A DNA stretch of 56,605 bases, from positions 363,737 through 420,341 of the forward strand of contig WELB01000029.1 in assembly GCA_009602725.1 (NCBI GenBank), read 5' to 3'. The translations under genes and the position numbers were made by a program. Below are positions 11,783 through 24,500 of this stretch, one piece after another (the stretch's first letter is position 1; each line of letters starts with the position of its first letter). The notes beneath the pieces were generated by a model. The model was not told the origin of the DNA. It worked only from the letters and a program-made list of their open reading frames with translations, and searched no databases. The DNA comes from Spirogloea muscicola. Taxonomy: Eukaryota.

Positions 11783-14700
11783 TCAGCCATTCTCGGCCAG
11801 GTCGTATGAGTTGGACTTGTGCTTGGGGACGAACGAAAAGTTGGCCGGCGTTGGCCCCAGAAGCATCTCGCTTAGCTTAATCTGCGCAACATACCGGACG
11901 ACGTTGCCTGCGAGCGTCAGCGTGCCAGACAACAACCAAACCAGCACAGCAAATGTGAGCGCTAGGCAGCAATCCTAATGTGGTGAAGTCACACCCTCAG
12001 CTTCCAGCCTGGCTAATGACAATTTTGGACCATATCATGGCAGGACCAACTCCGTTGACATCACCTTGACAGGACAGTAGGTGACTTAAGAGCTCTTTCA
12101 GTGCCTCCGTATGCAGAAGGCGGTGCTGTGGCTTACCCAGTCATTGGCCTGATCAGAGGCCATGAGCGTCTCGAGGTCGTTTCTGCCGAAGTAGCTTGGC
12201 GGCCGCCAGTTCATCTTCTGCGGAAGTATGTCCAGCAGCCCGACTGGGATGTATCTGTGCAGGAAGCCCAGCCACTCCAGAAGGTAATGCCGCGTGGTCT
12301 CCACACCTGCCAAAAGGCTTTAAGGTTTAGCCAAGCCACACAGATGAGATTTGCAGGTAAGAGTCAGCAGCCATGGATGTTTCCACAAGCTTGTCTTCCA
12401 TAGTCAACACAGTATTCAAAGTGCGAGGCTCCTGCAAGTCTGGAGCGATGAGGCGTAATCCAGAGGCAAATTAGACTTTCAACCAGAGCGGAGTGACCAC
12501 AGCACATGAGTGCCTCAGATTGTGAAAGGACGAGCAGCAGCCATTCCGACCATGCGTCCTGGACTCGGCACGCCCCGTGCTCTGACAAATAGTACAGTGG
12601 CGAACCTTTGGTGTCAGAACCCCAGTGCTCGAGCCCAAAACGAGCATAGTCCTGCAGGATCGCGAATCGCTCTCCCGAGCTGATGTCCCAGTGGCGCTGC
12701 TCCTTGATTTCAGTCAAGAGCCACGGCTGTGCAAGCGAGACAAAAAGTGGTGTCAGCTGGCAGCAAAAGACACAAACTTGAAATATCGACAGCTGCAATG
12801 TGGTAATCATGAAGTCACTCTATGCAAATACAGCTAGATATGGAACTCACTCATACTCTTACTTTGCAGGAACTGTAAAAAAGTGATCAACTGCTATAAG
12901 ATACACACAAATCTTATTGTAAGTGCAAGTTTTTCATTGAAGGATTGGAAAGACCTTGATGAGCACTCCGCGTGCCAGCATGCAGGTGTCCACTCCAGGG
13001 CCCCCAGCGGCCATGCGCTCATTCCAATCGGTGAAAGAGAAGACGTCACCATTTCCAATCACCTAAGACAAGGGGTGGCTTTACTTTAGCTTCTGGCAGC
13101 AGCCATTGAAAAGTCACCAACACCCATTGTAGAATTTCTCTAACGAGTGCTTATTTCCCAAAATGCCGCTCCACTCCACTCCAGAAAAGGTGTCACAAAT
13201 ATTCAGCTGATGGCAGCTCACCAAAATTTCAGCATACAAGAAGGTGGCCTTGAAGTGATTACCTGCAAGGATGACGGTGCACACTCCCGGCACTTCCGGA
13301 TGTAGTCCCAGTCCGCCGTCCGGCTGTACCGTTGCTGTCGTGTCCGGCCGTGGACGACGACCGCCGAGGCCCCCCAGTCAGGGAAGTTCGGGATGAGGTT
13401 GTGAGCGCAGTTCTTGCCCTCATAGTACGCCATGCGCACCTGTAGTGGTATACATGACAGGAGGTGTTAGAGCGATTGACGGGAAAATTGGTCAACATCC
13501 CCAATGCTCTATTACAGACCTTGACATCTAGTAGGTAGCTAGTGTGTTTCGGATGTAGCCTCTCAGAAGCCAAAAGCTACATGCTTCACCTTGCAGTGGT
13601 TCGTGAACAAGGCCTGTAGTATTACAATATTTGCGCTTCTGGAACTCAATTGAGCAGCGAAGTGCTGCTGACTATTGTGAAAGAATAAGCAAGGCTGATT
13701 CCTAAATTGGAACCTATCAAGTGATTGACCTTGACAGTGAGGCTGCTGTCGATGGCGGCAGACGTGGCACGCAGGCACTGCTCCAACCTCATCGGCTTTG
13801 TCAATAGGCAGGACCCAGCACCCTACCAACCACAAGGGAGAGTTGGGTCAATAAGGGCCAACAAGTAAACCTTCTGTCACAACCCAGACCCTGAGAACTA
13901 ATCATCTCGACCGCTGACCTACTTGCGACCATGCAAGTGGGTTGCCCATGCGGCAGTTGCTTCAAGAGCCAGTCATGGGTCTTCAGTGAAATCATAAATG
14001 CAAGTTTCAAGCCCTCCCTCTTGAGCTAAGTATTTGCAGCCAAACGAAGCCGCAAGGTGCGGATCGCACACAAGCAGGGTTGAAGATAGTTTGCATCAGG
14101 TTACTTTGCAGCGTCCAGCCCGATCTTCATCAGCAGAGTATGGCAATAATAGCAGAAGACCCTGAGCCCTGAGTCCTACCCCTAAGCTCTGCGGCCTTTG
14201 AGCTGGGTGGCTGAGCTGACATGGTTTCAGTGAGAGCCCAAGAGCATGAGTCCTTTGAAATGGCCAACATTTTGGAGACATAGGCTCCTTGAATGCGCGT
14301 TAATTTACGGGTTCGCATTGTAATGGGTGCATTGCACAGTACGTAGCATCTGAGGGCCTCACCTTGTTCACCACGAGATCAATGGGGCAGCCCATGTTGA
14401 TGTCAAGGAAGTCAATCTGAGCCGCCGCCGCGAACTCACGAGCTGCAGCGTCAATAGGCGGTCTGATGCAACAACAGGGCCGACGAGGCAAGAAGACACC
14501 ATGAGGACCTCCCTCCTCAGCCAAGAGCAGCAGAAGGAAGAGGCGCACTCAGCGTCTGAGGTCTGAGCCTAGACGCTGCACAAACTTGATCCCAAGTCCG
14601 TCAAGGGACGCCCACCTGGCACTCGCGCTCGACGATCTCGGCGGTGCGTGCAAGTGTGTCGGGGTGCGCGCCACAGATCTGCACGCCAAAGACGTCCTCA

Positions 14701-17675
14701 CTTGCATGCCGCCGCAGTAGCGCCCACTCCGACGCCTGGCCCTGTATCCAAATCCCAGCATGAGGTCTGGCAAATGCCGCAATGGCGAACCTTATATTAC
14801 AAGCGGGGCAAGGTCAATACAGGCATTTGTTACTGCAGAACAGACATAGACAATTAATACTAACCCCAGGTAAATTTCAGGTCCCAAGTTGATGGCAATC
14901 AGGAGGACAAAGTGGGCACAGAGGCACTCGCCTGGAGCAGATTGGTGCACATGGCCATCTCGCCGCACGTGATGTCGGCGCCCAGCGTCTTGGCGACGCG
15001 GCGGAAGGGCAGGTTCCCGACCGTCGTCAGCGGCGCAAGATACAGCTTGCCGCGGAAGTCGACCACCTGCCGCTCCCGCGGAGGGGCCCGAGCTGGCTCT
15101 GGAGCCCCAGTATTGACGTCCCCATGTGGAAATGCTACTGTGGCCTCGCTGACGGACCCATTCACACCACTGCCAGTGGAAGCGCCATCTTGCTCCTCAA
15201 GGGCGTGGGAGCCGCCATCCTCCACCATCCGTGGCCGCTTGACGCCATCGGCCTCCAGCGCGTCCTCATTCCCACTGTGGAGAGCCATGCCTTCCTCCAA
15301 TGAAGCCGGCTCGCATTCACCGACAATCTCCTGGACCTTCCGCTTGAGGCCCTCGCTGGCATCTTGAAGGCCGTCATCGCCCTCCTTGCCAGATGTATCG
15401 TCCAGCACCGCGTCCTCGCCAGGCAGTCCTTTCGGCGGGCGCACCTTGCCCTTGCTCTGGAAGCACAGGCCATTGAGTATGAGCAGCACTGTCAGGCACT
15501 TGTGGGTCCTGTTATGTTTCTGAACCCGCTAATTAATGGAAAACCATCAAGAGCTAGTCAGTCCTCACCTCTCAACCCATCTGCCGAGCCTTCAGCACTC
15601 CTCTCACACTCCCTAGCCACTTGCTAGCCGTAAGCAAGGCACACTACTCCTTCCAAAGCACAGATTGTACACCTATTTGATTGACTTTACTATCTAATTC
15701 ATCAACCCTCGGGTCAAAGAAGTTTGGCTTACTCAGGTAGTCTAATCTATTTCCTACATCTACTAACAATCTGCACATCAGCATAGCTAACAGACTGGCA
15801 GGTAGAAAAGTTGTATGCGGTTGCAAGTTAGGCACCATGGGCTTAAGGTTCATACTTGCTGTCCTTACCAGGAGGCCATGTGCGCGAAGGTATGCATCGG
15901 CGCGTGGGAACGCGACGCGGTTCTTCCACAGGAGTTTCTGCAGCTCCTTGCTCAGGCCGTTCGCCTCTCCCTCGGGGCCTTTCTTCTGCGCGGCCCCTTG
16001 CTCAGGGGCGACGCCCGCTGCTTCCACGCCGTTTGTGGGAGCGGCGTGCCGCCCTGCGAAGCGGCAGGCCAGCCCGAAAGGGCACGGGTAGAGCTTGCCG
16101 GCAAAGGGGCAGTCGCCGTCCAGGTCGGCAGGTTTCTGCAGTCAACCACAAATATGATGCTCAGAGAGTCAGTCCCGATGAGAGTTAACGGACTCTATTG
16201 TGACATTGATACCATGTGTTGGAAATAGTGCTGGGTGCTTATAAACAAATGTTACTGAAAAGCCCATGCCAACACCCATTCCCCGTTCACTCTCTGTCTC
16301 GCTCGTGAAGGTGTCAGGGAGGTATCCAGTCCTGCAGAGGCATGCTGACCACTTGCTGGCCGCGGACTCGCTGAGGAGCAGATGTGCAAGACTTGAGCTG
16401 CGACTGTCCCGCTCTCAGACAACCACCCGCCATCATCCAGGTTCACCAATTACTCTAAGACGGGACCCAACGCTTGCGACTACATGCAAAAGGAAGTGAA
16501 GGCGAGAGCATTTTGGGCTAGGAAGGAAGGGCAGAACTGAGGTGGCAGCCCAGGGCTTTGACTTCATGGAGGTCTGAAGCCTCAAGTCTTGACGACCCAG
16601 CAATCGACGAGTAATAGATTGGGACTTCCAAGAATCCTGAGTGTACGTTAAAAGTGGGTTCAGAACAGAAGCAAGAGGGCAGTACCGGCTACCTGGGCAA
16701 GGAAGCCCGCCAGGTCATGGTTGAAGCGGCAGGCGGCACCATAGGGGCAGGCATCGGTGCGGCCGGCCCGAGCCACTGCTGCACAGACGTGCTCTGCTGA
16801 CACCTTTGCCTGCATGACGAGGCGGGACGGGGCGGGGCGATCAAATTGGTGCTCAATTGTTGCAGAAGCATAGGGCAGGGCAAATGGAAGGGGCCGCACC
16901 TGGTCAATCAAGATCTCCTACACGGTCAATGGAACTGTAAGCCAACAACAATTTGATCTCATTCTGAGAAATAGCAGCTATAGCGCCTAGTGACACAAAA
17001 GCAAGGCTGCAGAAGACGAAGATGGGCTGCTGATCATCAGAAACTATCAACGGCTTTTATTCCCGTTTCCATAGGTTCATGAACGGGTGGGTATATTTCC
17101 AGGAGCTATTGGGGATGGTCCAGTTATTAGTATCAAGAAGTGTTCTAGAAATGATATGCAACTCTCATGTGTGCTAGTCTGGTGTCGAGATATACATAAG
17201 CAGTGTTAGAGGTTTAGACATGCATTGGTCTGAGATCCGGTGAAATACCTGCTGCCTTTCCCGCTTCTGCTGCCGCCGGGACTTCTTGCCCGCCGGCATG
17301 CCCGCCGCCGTCGGTGGCGCCGGCACCGCAGGCGCCGCCACTTGAACCCTACTCTCCAGATTCCCAGTCTCAGCACTCAAGGCTGAAGTTCCTTCCGTCT
17401 GCTCTGGGGGCTTTCCGCCCTCCTTGGCCGACGAGCCCCGTGGCCGCAGGTACTCCCGCTTCACCGGCGCCCGGTTTTTGGCAACCAGCTCCAATGGTGT
17501 GAGGAGGGTGGTGTCTGCCAGGCCGCTGCGGGCAGGTGGAGCTTCTGTGCTTCCTGCGGTTGGGATGGAGCAGCTGGCTGGCCGTCAGCTGCCCAAGGGA
17601 CTCGGGCGGGGGATAATGCAGGCGAGGCATGAAGGAAGGCCGGCTCATGAAGAGAGGGAGGCAGCGGTGACTGAG

Positions 17676-17712
<37 letters not shown>

Positions 17713-18325
17713 GGGGGGGTGACTCTTCTGCCACATTCGTCGCAGGCCTGCTCATCTGGTAGTGAGGCCATGCAGGGCAGGCTGCTGCTNNNNNNNNNNN
17801 NNNNNNNNNNNNNNNNNNNNNNNNNNNNNNNNNNNNNNNNNNNNNNNNNNNNNNNNNNNNNNNNNNNNNNNNNNNNNNNNNNNNNNNNNNNNNNNNNNNN
17901 NNNNNNNNNNNNNNNNNNNNNNNNNNNNNNNNNNNNNNNNNNNNNNNNNNNNNNNNNNNNNNNNNNNNNNNNNNNNNNNNNNNNNNNNNNNNNNNNNNNN
18001 NNNNNNNNNNNNNNNNNNNNNNNNNNNNNNNNNNNNNNNNNNNNNNNNNNNNNNNNNNNNNNNNNNNNNNTGAGAGGGAGGGAGGGAGGGAGGGAGGGAG
18101 GGAGGGAGGGAGGGAGGGAGGCAGGGGGAGAAGGAAGGTGAGAGAAGCAAAACAGGCGAGACGGGAAGGAGCGGGAGCGTGTGGAGGAGGGTGCGACGAG
18201 GGGAGTCCTGACTGACCCGTCTGCGCCGCCACGCTGCCGGCCAATGCAGCGGCCGCCACGCCGAGCTCCTCCTCCTCCGGCATCGCCCCCACCGCCGCCG
18301 CCGCCGCCGCCGTCGCCGCCGCCAT
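11783..18325 (-). CDS. DUS3: tRNA-dihydrouridine(47) synthase DUS3-like, with two CCCH zinc fingers; about 13 exons
   Basis: Motifs: [19 protein letters not shown] fingers [11 protein letters not shown] and [51 protein letters not shown] (catalytic Cys); [34 protein letters not shown]-terminus [16 protein letters not shown]. The first exon (~18218-18325) is inferred across the N gap. Confidence 0.95.
17674..18125. repeat. Poly-G and (GGGA)n tracts flanking an assembly gap (N 17790-18070) in DUS3 intron 1
   Basis: Directly visible. Confidence 0.95.
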
Positions 18326-18363
18326 CGCCGCCGATGGCGCCGCCGCCGGGGTTGCTTGACGGG

Positions 18364-18372
18364 TTAGGGTTT
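18364..18372 (-). promoter_or_regulatory. Telo-box (AAACCCTAA) about 40 nt upstream of the DUS3 start
   Basis: ttagggttt on the + strand. Further CCCTAA-like motifs occur at 18561-18590. Telo-boxes are known near start sites of plant translation and RNA-modification genes. Confidence 0.5.
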
Positions 18373-20197
18373 CGCACTTTGGGCTCTGCCTCTGCGGGAT
18401 TCTGCGGGGTTCGGGGTTCTAGCAGAGGTAGTCGGGACGGTGTCGGAACGGAACGGGACGCTCCAGTTTAGCGGCCGCCGTCTTGCGCTCCGCCGCCGCC
18501 GCCGCCGCCGCCGCCGCTTGCGCTGGCACGGCGGAGCGCGGCGGCGCTTGCGCGGGCCTCAACCCTAAATCTCAAACCTAAGCCCTAAATCCTGCCCGGA
18601 TCTCACCCGCGGCGGCGCAGCCGACGCGCCGCGTACCTTGGCGTGCGGAGCTGCCGCCGGCGGCGGCAGTTGGGCGGAGCTCGGCGCCTTGTGATGCGCT
18701 GGCAGGAGCAGCGGGCGAATACTCAGCTCGAGGAGGACGAGCAGCTCCGAGCGTTTGTGCAGCTTTCTCACTTATGATGTGTGAAGGGTTTAGGCTCTAC
18801 TGGTCAGGCTGTACTTAAATGGGGGACATGCCACCACCATAGTCAGCCCCCGACTCGACTCAGCGCCGGGCTTGCTTTGGTGATGAGGATGAGTGCCTGT
18901 GTCTTAGGCTCCTGCGGCGCACAAAGGGCGTCTGCATGTTCTTAGTCTTCGTTGTACATCGTCTCACCACGGACGACACCCACCCTCTTTGCAGGCCCAG
19001 GCTAATGGCTTCCGTGGTGGTGGTTTGGCGCCTCAGTATAGCTTGTCAGATATGCATGTGCTCACTCGGGTTTATTAGTGTCCCCCTTAGCCAGCTCATT
19101 ACCCAGTTAACAGGTCATTTGTAAGGCTAGAATTGGCCTCCCTTTCAATTTCATGCGCAGTGCGCGCCTTCTCTCTTTGCAGACAGCCCCAGAACTCCCA
19201 GGCGTGTGGGCGCGGGATGTGCGAGAGCGTGTCCTGGGGCCGAGGCGCGCCTTTGTCGGGGGCTGCCCTTTGGCGGCTTCTCACATAACGCAGGAACAAA
19301 TTTTGCTCTTATTACATCCACTTATCTGTTGGAAAGTCAAGCAATATTCACCTGCGCACTTGTCTAAAATGGTGTCCCTCCACGTTTTCCATGCAATATT
19401 GCGCACCCTCTTGGCTCCAGAGCTCACCACGTATGTGATGTCCTTATTCGGCCGCCTGGGAATGACATACGAGCTAACTCTGAAGCGGTGCAAGTTTTGA
19501 TAGTGGGTGGCCTCTGTCACTGTTGGCTGGAAGTAGTAGTTGGAGGTCGCCGGGTCGATAGTTGCAGTAAGTGCTGGCATGCATCAATAGCCGCTATAAG
19601 TGGTGTGTGCTTGGCACCTCCGCATGCAGGTTGTGGGTTCTCCTCTTGTGCTTGCAGAGTAGCTTCATTTCAGCTCCAGGCCATGCATTTAGTGTGTGCA
19701 TGTTGCTACTATCCTTCACAATGTATCTGAATGCACCACCTTTGTCATCCTTGCATTTTGTCTCGATACCGCAAGATAAGGGCCTCACAAATTGCTTTCC
19801 TTAACGTTAAGGTATCACTTAAAGTGGTCAGCATGTGTATATCATCGTGCTTTGAGTTTCTGGCTTGGGAGCCAAGCACACGGGGTGCTTGGCCATCCAA
19901 GGCAGCAATGGAAGACATGCCAGCGACTGTGAGACACTATTGTAAACGACGCGTCGTTCTCAAGCGGCCTTGCAAGAGGCTCGGCCTGTGGCTGCAAGCT
20001 TGACCATGGACATAACTGATCCCCTAATTAGGCCGCGCGAACAGCCCAACACAAAAACGCGAAAACGCGTCAATCAGGCTATGGAAGAGAGCGGTGAGCA
20101 TGGGTTGGACCGCCGCTGGTCGGACCCCACGAAGTGGCAGTCCAGGCAAGTGGGAGGAGTACATCCGAATGAACCCAAATGAAGTTTAACGAAATCA

Positions 20198-20310
20198 AGC
20201 GCGGCCAGATCAACAGTTGGCTGGGAGAGGCCAGCCCAAAGGAATGGACAAGGTCTGAGGAGCCGGAGCCGGAGCCGGAGCCGGAAACGAAAGCGGCTGC
20301 TGATGTTGAA
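20198..20310 (-). repeat. Solo CRE-like 3' UTR fragment
   Basis: agcgcggccagat..ggctgggagaggccagcccaaaggaatggacaaggtctga.ggagccggag matches copies at 39871-39945 and 45769-45840. Confidence 0.7.
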
Positions 20311-21511
20311 GTTGATGTTGGAGATCCACGAGACCGCCACGTCGGCCCGTCTCCTCGCACCATCCCCGCAGAGTCAGCTCGACTCCGCACGCGTTGACCC
20401 GCTACTCGCTCCCGCCAACGGGTCTAGGAATCCCGGACTTGGACCCAATGCTGACCACTGTGCCCGTTCTTCTGCCGTATCTCCAGCGTGGCAGCTCGGC
20501 GAAGTAATTTCGCCGCCGCCGCCGGGGGGCCCGCGCATCCACACGTGTGATGGATTGGGGGCTGATGCCCCCGAAGCCGCCGGCGGCTTCGCCGTCGTGA
20601 GCCGTGCGATGCGCAGCGGGAATGATAGCGGCCGTCGGATGAGGACGCGGAGTCTTGCGGGCCCGGCGAGCTTGTGGGCTAGCGCTCGTGCCTGGCCGCC
20701 TGCCGACCAGGACCGGTTCAGAGTGACCGGCTCCGGTCCGCTGTGGGCCCTTCCGAGCGGGGCCCTGCACGGGGACCGGCCCGGTCGCGACCGGGGAGGC
20801 GGCCCTTGCCGCGCCGGGCGCCGGCCGCCACGCGCCACGTGGCATGTCGCGACAGTAGCGGCCGCAGATTGCCGGGATCCCCGCCGGCAAGGACGCGCCC
20901 CGGGGATATCTAAGCGAAGAGAGATTAGGGGCAAGGGTGAAAGCTGTTAGGGCTAATTGATGCGCGATTCGTCGCAGGCGGGTTCCTCAAATCTCACCCC
21001 CAAACCGGCCAGCTGGTGGTTGTGAGGGGCCAGCCCAGAGATATTCCAGATTGAGCAAGATTTAAGGGGCCAGAGGAAAAACGCTAACGCCAGCCGGGAT
21101 TAGGCGCTAAAGAGCTCTTAAAGGAGCTCTCTCAGGGCCTAACGGGGCAGCCAAACCGTCCCCGCCCAGCGCCGCCCGGCCAGCCTGGTGGGGCCCCTGC
21201 ACCGCCCCCGCCCCGCGGCCCCGCCGCCGGGCCAGCCCTCCGCAACCCCAGCCTGGGCCCCCCACGGCGCGGGTCAAGCTTCGCAGCAGGTGATGAGCGA
21301 GCAGTCTGCCACTGTGCTTGTCATCGTACTCGCCACTCAGGCCCTCCATTCCATGGCGGCCGCCTGCAGCAGCAGCTCCTCCCCGCAGCTCGCCGCCGCG
21401 CCGCCACCCAGGCCGCGGCGAGGCGCCGTCATGGCGCCCGGCCTCCGCTGAAGCCCGGCCGCGTTCGGCGTCCAGGCTCGAGCTCGAGCTCGACGCCCGC
21501 CACCCCCCGGG

Positions 21512-24500
21512 ATGGCGCCCGCGGCGGCGGCCATGACGGGCCCGAAGGCGCTGCTCTGGGCCGCCGTGCTGCTGAGCTGCTGTGCCGCCGGCGCACTCGC
21601 CGCCTGCGGCGCACCAGGTGGGCGCCCACATCCTGCCGGGCTGTTCGTCCTGAGGTCCCCTTCTGCACTGTGAAGCATGGCCCTGGCCAGGTCCCACTGA
21701 CAGTGCCCTGCCGCCGTGGCCGCAGCGGGCAGCCTCGTGGGGCAGGAGAACTGCCTTCCCGGCGCCGGCGCGAGCTGGCGGCACAGCGTCGACCTCAACA
21801 TCGTCGGCTTCTCTGACGACATCAGCTACGAGCCCGGCAGCGCTGTCAGCTTCAAGGTGGCTCCTGGGCCCCCCCTCCCTCGTGGAAACTCTCTGTCTGC
21901 CTCGTCCTTCCCTTTCCCTTCCCTTCTCGAGCTTCTGTGCAAAACCCATGTTAGCCCCACTGCGAGCTGGTCAGCTCACAGTATCTCCTCTTGCAGCCTC
22001 CTTGCCATTGACGACGCTGTTTGCAATGCAAGCCCGAAGGTCGTCAACTTCGGGCAGCATGCGTGCCCTTTGCTGCTTGTGCTCACTGGCTGTCACCACT
22101 GTTGGGGCTGTGCCTGCTGCCTTCCGGCACTTGTGCAGATCAAGGTGGCCACTGGCAAGACTTTTGCGTCTCTCAGCGTGCTGCGGCTCGGTTGGTACAA
22201 CGGCGACGGAGCGCGCGTGGTGACTACGGCACCTGTGACGGCCACCGGCACCGCCACGCAGCCGGCGTGCGCTTACAACTCAACCACGGGCCTGGAGGAC
22301 TGCGGCAACTGGGCCACGACTGCAACGTGGACAATTCCAGCCAACGCTGTCTCTGGTTCGTCATCTTTACATACTCTCCCCTCCCTCCAAAGGCTTCCCT
22401 CTTAGCTCTGGGCTTGTTGCACAGGCCTCCACAGTCCCGCATCCGAGCTTCATTTCTAACACCATCATGTGCTGGTAGTTTTGTTCGTGACACTGGAGCA
22501 CGAGGCAACAAACTATACTTAGTGGAAAGTGGCTACAGTTCTTACTCTTGGTCTCTACGCTTGCCGTTGTGGTCCTCACCAACTCGTTAAATCGCCACTT
22601 CCTCACTCCTCAGGTGTTTACTCACGTCCTCGTCATCTTTGCAGGTCTGTATTTGGCACAGCTGCAAACAACAGGCAACCTGTACAACTATGTTCCCTTC
22701 ATCGTTCGACAGCGTGCATCAGACACTGCTCCATCGGCCATCCTCTTCCAGACTTCTGACACAACCTGGCAGGTCCAGCTTCCTTAGCCGTCACCTATGC
22801 AAGATTTTTCCACGTTTCCCCTTCTCAACTCATGGTAGTGGCTGCTACCACAGAGAGGCCATTGCCATTAGCGGGGCTCCGGCAGAGGGTGCATGGGTGA
22901 TGAGCAGAAAGGTTGTATTCTCGTCCACGCCTTCATGTTTGCATAGCTGTCCTATTTGAGGAAGTATGGTCACCACCTGCATCCCTGGTCTGTAAGTAGC
23001 ACCTGAAGACTGTCAAGACCGTGGTGCAACTTGGCTGCGTCTGTTGAGCTGCCTCCTGTGCGTTTGCAGGCGTACAACTTTTACGGGGACATGGGCAACA
23101 GCTTGTATCGTGGCAAGGGCCCTGGCAATGGGGCCTCGTCCGGCAGAGCATACAAGGTTTGGCCATGACAATAAAACTTTGCCTTCATGGTCTCAAGTCC
23201 TTTTTGCATAGACAAGCCCAGGGCCTGTGAGCAAGCAGAGTCTGCTCGGTGACACTCACATCGAAATTTAACCCTGAATTGTCTTGCCATACTTATGTGC
23301 AGGTCAGCTATAACCGGCCGTTCATCACACAGACCGGGGACTCAGTGAGCAACTCTGTCACAGGGCCGCAGGACTTCCTCTTCAATGCTGAGTACCCCAT
23401 GATCCGGTGGCTTGAGCGCAATGGGTACGACGTTTCCTACTTCTCTGGCGTCGACAGTGATCGCTATGGCTCGCAGATCCAGGTATTTCCATTCTTGCTG
23501 GATAAGCATGTAGGCAGCTATGAGCGAGCTGCTTCAAGGTCAAGGGGCCAGCATTGCACAAAATTCAAGTACTTGTAGATATGCTACATGATGCACAAGT
23601 CATGTAGCACTACACCGATGGTGGCACTTTGACTTCACTCTAGATTGCATTTTTACTGGAATACATCCTTTCATGTGACTTTCGGTGCACGTTGATGCAG
23701 CTTCACAAGGTATTCATATCGGTCGGCCATGATGAGTATTGGTCTGGCGGCCAGCGGCGAGCTGTTGAGGCAGCCAGGAACACGGGCGTTCACCTGGCAT
23801 TTTTCTCGTGAGAGTTCCTCCGCTGCAGGCCATCAACTGGCATGCATAAGAAAAGTGACTACAAAATCTGACTTTCACCACGTCAACGTGCCTTCAACAG
23901 GGGCAATACTGTCTTCTGGAAGACGAGGTGGGAGGCTGACCTGAACAACAAGGCCTACCGCACGCTCGTCTGCTACAAGGAGACGCATGAAAACGCAAAG
24001 ATTGATCCCCTTCCAACCGTCTGGACAGGTTGCCTCTGCTCCTGACGTAGCAGATAGCTCTGGTTTTCTCATGCTTGCATGCAACACGTCCAAGTGCAAG
24101 CATGTCTGAGCAAGCCCCTACTCCGCCACTGCTCATTTGCATTGCTGTGTAGCACTCTGCTTATGTCATTACTGTATAGTGCATGTTGCTGCTGTGTCAA
24201 AGTGCACGCCTCTGCAAAACGTACATGGTTCCTGTACCAGCCAGGCGACTTGAAACAGCCAGGTTTGCCGTAGAGCGATTATGGACTACAGCGAGGACTG
24301 ACAGCCTCTTTCTCTATCAGGGACCTGGAGAGACAATCGTCCTTTTGTGCCCTCTGGTCCTGATGGAGGTAACCAGCCAGAAAATACTCTCACAGGACTC
24401 ATTTTCCTTGTGACTGGTGGTACCGTGGATTTGCAGGTGAGAGGGCTGTATAGGCTAGTGTACAATAGAATGCTTATTGATAGAGAAGCCTGCTCTATCG

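Noticed and set aside
18560..21100. GC-rich ORFs (20303-20950, 20374-20934) and 19281-19788
   Set aside because: They are low-complexity GC-driven frames with no recognisable domain or consistent splice model; possibly TE debris.
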